Position numbers and translations under genes: made by a program
Assembly (NCBI GenBank): GCA_037447605.1
Contig: CM074818.1
Span: forward strand, 682,001 to 746,000
Direction of reading: 5' to 3'
Source of the DNA: Zygnema circumcarinatum SAG 698-1b
Lineage: Eukaryota > Plantae > Zygnematophyceae
DNA: 64,000 nt
The notes under the pieces: model-generated
Database searches by the model: none
What the model was told of the DNA's origin: nothing
Seen by the model: the letters and a program-made list of their open reading frames with translations, nothing else
Part shown: in pieces, positions 61,934 to 64,000 of the stretch
How the letters are laid out: every line of letters begins with the position of its first letter
Position numbering within the stretch: the stretch's first letter is position 1

Positions 61934-62122
61934 AATATGAGAGAAAAAAAGAACTCCGCGAACCTTGAAACCCTAAAATATTTAAAGAAATCTAAGAAAG
62001 ATGAATCGAAGACCCACAAACTCTTACTATGCTCAGCCGCCCTGTAAATATGTGGGAGGGAGTCCCAAGTGGATTGGGAGAGAGAGAAAGGTCGCGACTA
62101 TATTATGGAGGGCGCCCTTCGG

Positions 62123-62130
62123 CCTTATAG
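62123..62130 (-). promoter_or_regulatory. Candidate TATA-like element for ODC
   Basis: CTATAAGG on the minus strand, following a CT-rich tract, about 190 bp upstream of the ATG. Confidence 0.35.
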
Positions 62131-63965
62131 GGGAGGGAGAGAGAGAGGGAGAGGGAGAGAGAGGGAGAGAGAGAGCGGGAGAGGGAGAGGGAGGGGAGAG
62201 GGAGAGGAGCCGGTCGGAGTCGGAGGAGGGCTCGGCCCCCTTCAGTCTCCGACCGCCGGCCGAAACGACCGTTTGAACCGAATGACTTTTTGACCATATG
62301 ACTAAATGACCACGTGACCACATATGGTCTTGACCAACCGGCTTGTCGCTAACTAAAATCTGACTGACCGTTCAGATGACGAAACGTTTGGTTAGTCAGA
62401 TGACTAACATTGAGAAAGTATGGATGAAAAGGCGGATTCAATTTCACGTAAGGGTAGCCGTCGTTCAGTTCACCGTGCGATAGATCCGACGGTTGTGGTT
62501 TAAGGGACGCATCGAACGGTTCAGATGACTCGCACGCTGTGTCATCCCGTTTCGACCCGTCCGTGACGTGACATCCAGTCGCACTATCGACGGCGAGGAT
62601 GCGTGCGATGGACTGCGATCGACGGCTCAAGTTGACGCCCAGACCGCAAGTTAAACAGCCATAGGTCGATGCCATCAAGTCCAGAATGATGGGCCTTCAT
62701 GACAGTAAGAATGTGCACACGAAATTCAATCATCAGCAATTCCGATGTGCTACATCAAAATTAGGGGGGAAAAAAACATTGATCTCACGATGGCAAGGCC
62801 ATCAGGCAACATCACTTGGCTAATACCGCGAACGCTTGGGCGAATTCCACATTGCCATGCAAAAATTTTGACTGATGTGGCGACCTGTGACTGGATCATG
62901 CCTTTTACGTTTACTCCAAACAGATGTCCACAGCATTTGTGAAAGGTGTGAGTGAGTGAGTGCTGAGCGATCTTACGACCGAACGGTGACGGCATGAGGA
63001 CAATCTTATAAGAATTAAGAGTTGAAAAGTGTTTTGTGCACCTATCACCTTGGCAGGTTAGAAGTGTTTGGAGTCTTAAGCCGTCACTGCAGAACAAGGT
63101 GGTCTTTACATGGACACCAATTATGGGAGCCTTCCAATGCAAAATATAGCGAAAAGAAATAAGAGCTTGCATCTTTGAGTTCATTGAATATTCATTCTAA
63201 ATTTAAAAAGACAAGAGACAAGGAAGGTGGATCTGCTTCATAACATTATCTTAAGCACCAACAAGAAGAAGAGGATCGCCGACCGGGTCCCGTCAGAATC
63301 TGTTGACTGAAAAAAGAGTGCCTTAATAGATCCTATACCTCTTTATTGAAAAAGCATTTAGCTGTTTTAAGTCGATATTGTTTTCTAATGGTATTAAGAC
63401 AAAGTCTACTGCTTCCAGACGATTCACTTTTTTACATCCTAACTTGAACCAACTTCACCATTGCAAGCATCACCCATGCCTCGCAGCAGTCCACAAAGAC
63501 ATGTGCTCTTTGGGTTTCGGATGTCAGGATTAGGATTCAAGGTTTACGTTTACGATTTGGGGTTTAGGATTAGGCTTTAGGTTTTACGCCGGCATCATTG
63601 TGGTTGGGATTTACCCTCACTCCCATTGACACTCCTTTGAAGGATCAAGAATAGAATTGGAACAGAACGAAAGCAATGCAAAGAATTGCGTCCATCAATT
63701 GCCACCCTCAATAAACCAAGCGCCATCCGCTCCTTCCGGCTTCCCCCACCCCGATACCCCTAAGTGCTCGGGCAGAGCCTCTATCCTCCCATACCCCTAA
63801 AACCCTGAACCCTAAAGCCCAAGCCCTGAGCCCAGTCTCTTTTATTGACGTTATGGAGTGATGTGTGGAACGGGAACGAGCTCTAGAGGCTAGATCTCAA
63901 CAATCTCTCTCTCTCTCACTCTCTCTCTGTCTCTCTCTCTAACTCTCTTTCTCTCTCTCGCGCTC

Positions 63966-63998
<33 letters not shown>

Positions 63999-64000
63999 CT

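Noticed and set aside
61934-62323. Polyamine-responsive uORF (AZIN1/ODC uCC-type) upstream of ODC
   Set aside because: There is no AUG between the candidate TATA and the start codon and no PPW or PS-stop-like ending. The 96-aa ORF there runs through a CT microsatellite.
62690-63430. Short ORFs right of the ODC promoter
   Set aside because: No recognisable motifs or consistent exon chain; cannot be supported without a database search.

Overview
Eukaryotic, intron-rich nuclear DNA from a green plant lineage. Land-plant-like NUP85/KEA/NHD exon structures, TT(T)AGGG-like tracts and very abundant polypurine/polypyrimidine microsatellites suggest a streptophyte alga (inference). I reconstructed exons by hand from splice sites and reading-frame continuity. 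Left to right: first exon of a MATE transporter (-); a TE-rich block at about 3.3-15.4 kb (MITEs, MULE-like foldback elements, a Ty1/copia LTR retrotransposon with TSD and PBS, a second related LTR); the 3' exons of an NhaD-type Na+/H+ antiporter (+); a 21-exon secreted G8/beta-helix protein of about 1464 aa with a bacterial-type beta-sandwich module and a Pro-rich tail (+); an 18-exon NUP85 (+); the 5' exons of the NhaD antiporter (-); a KEA4/5/6-type K+/H+ antiporter (+, with two gap-flanked assembly duplications); and a 5-exon ornithine decarboxylase (-). The two NhaD halves point in opposite directions at two 100-N gaps, so 10277-40898 is probably inverted in the assembly. The most notable candidate novelties are the G8 chimeric wall protein and an unusual splicing grammar: G-rich acceptors without a polypyrimidine tract, a 1.5-kb AG-free intron built of branch-point-like repeats, and complementary repeat tracts flanking exons. 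Most ORFs in the supplied track are low-complexity artefacts.
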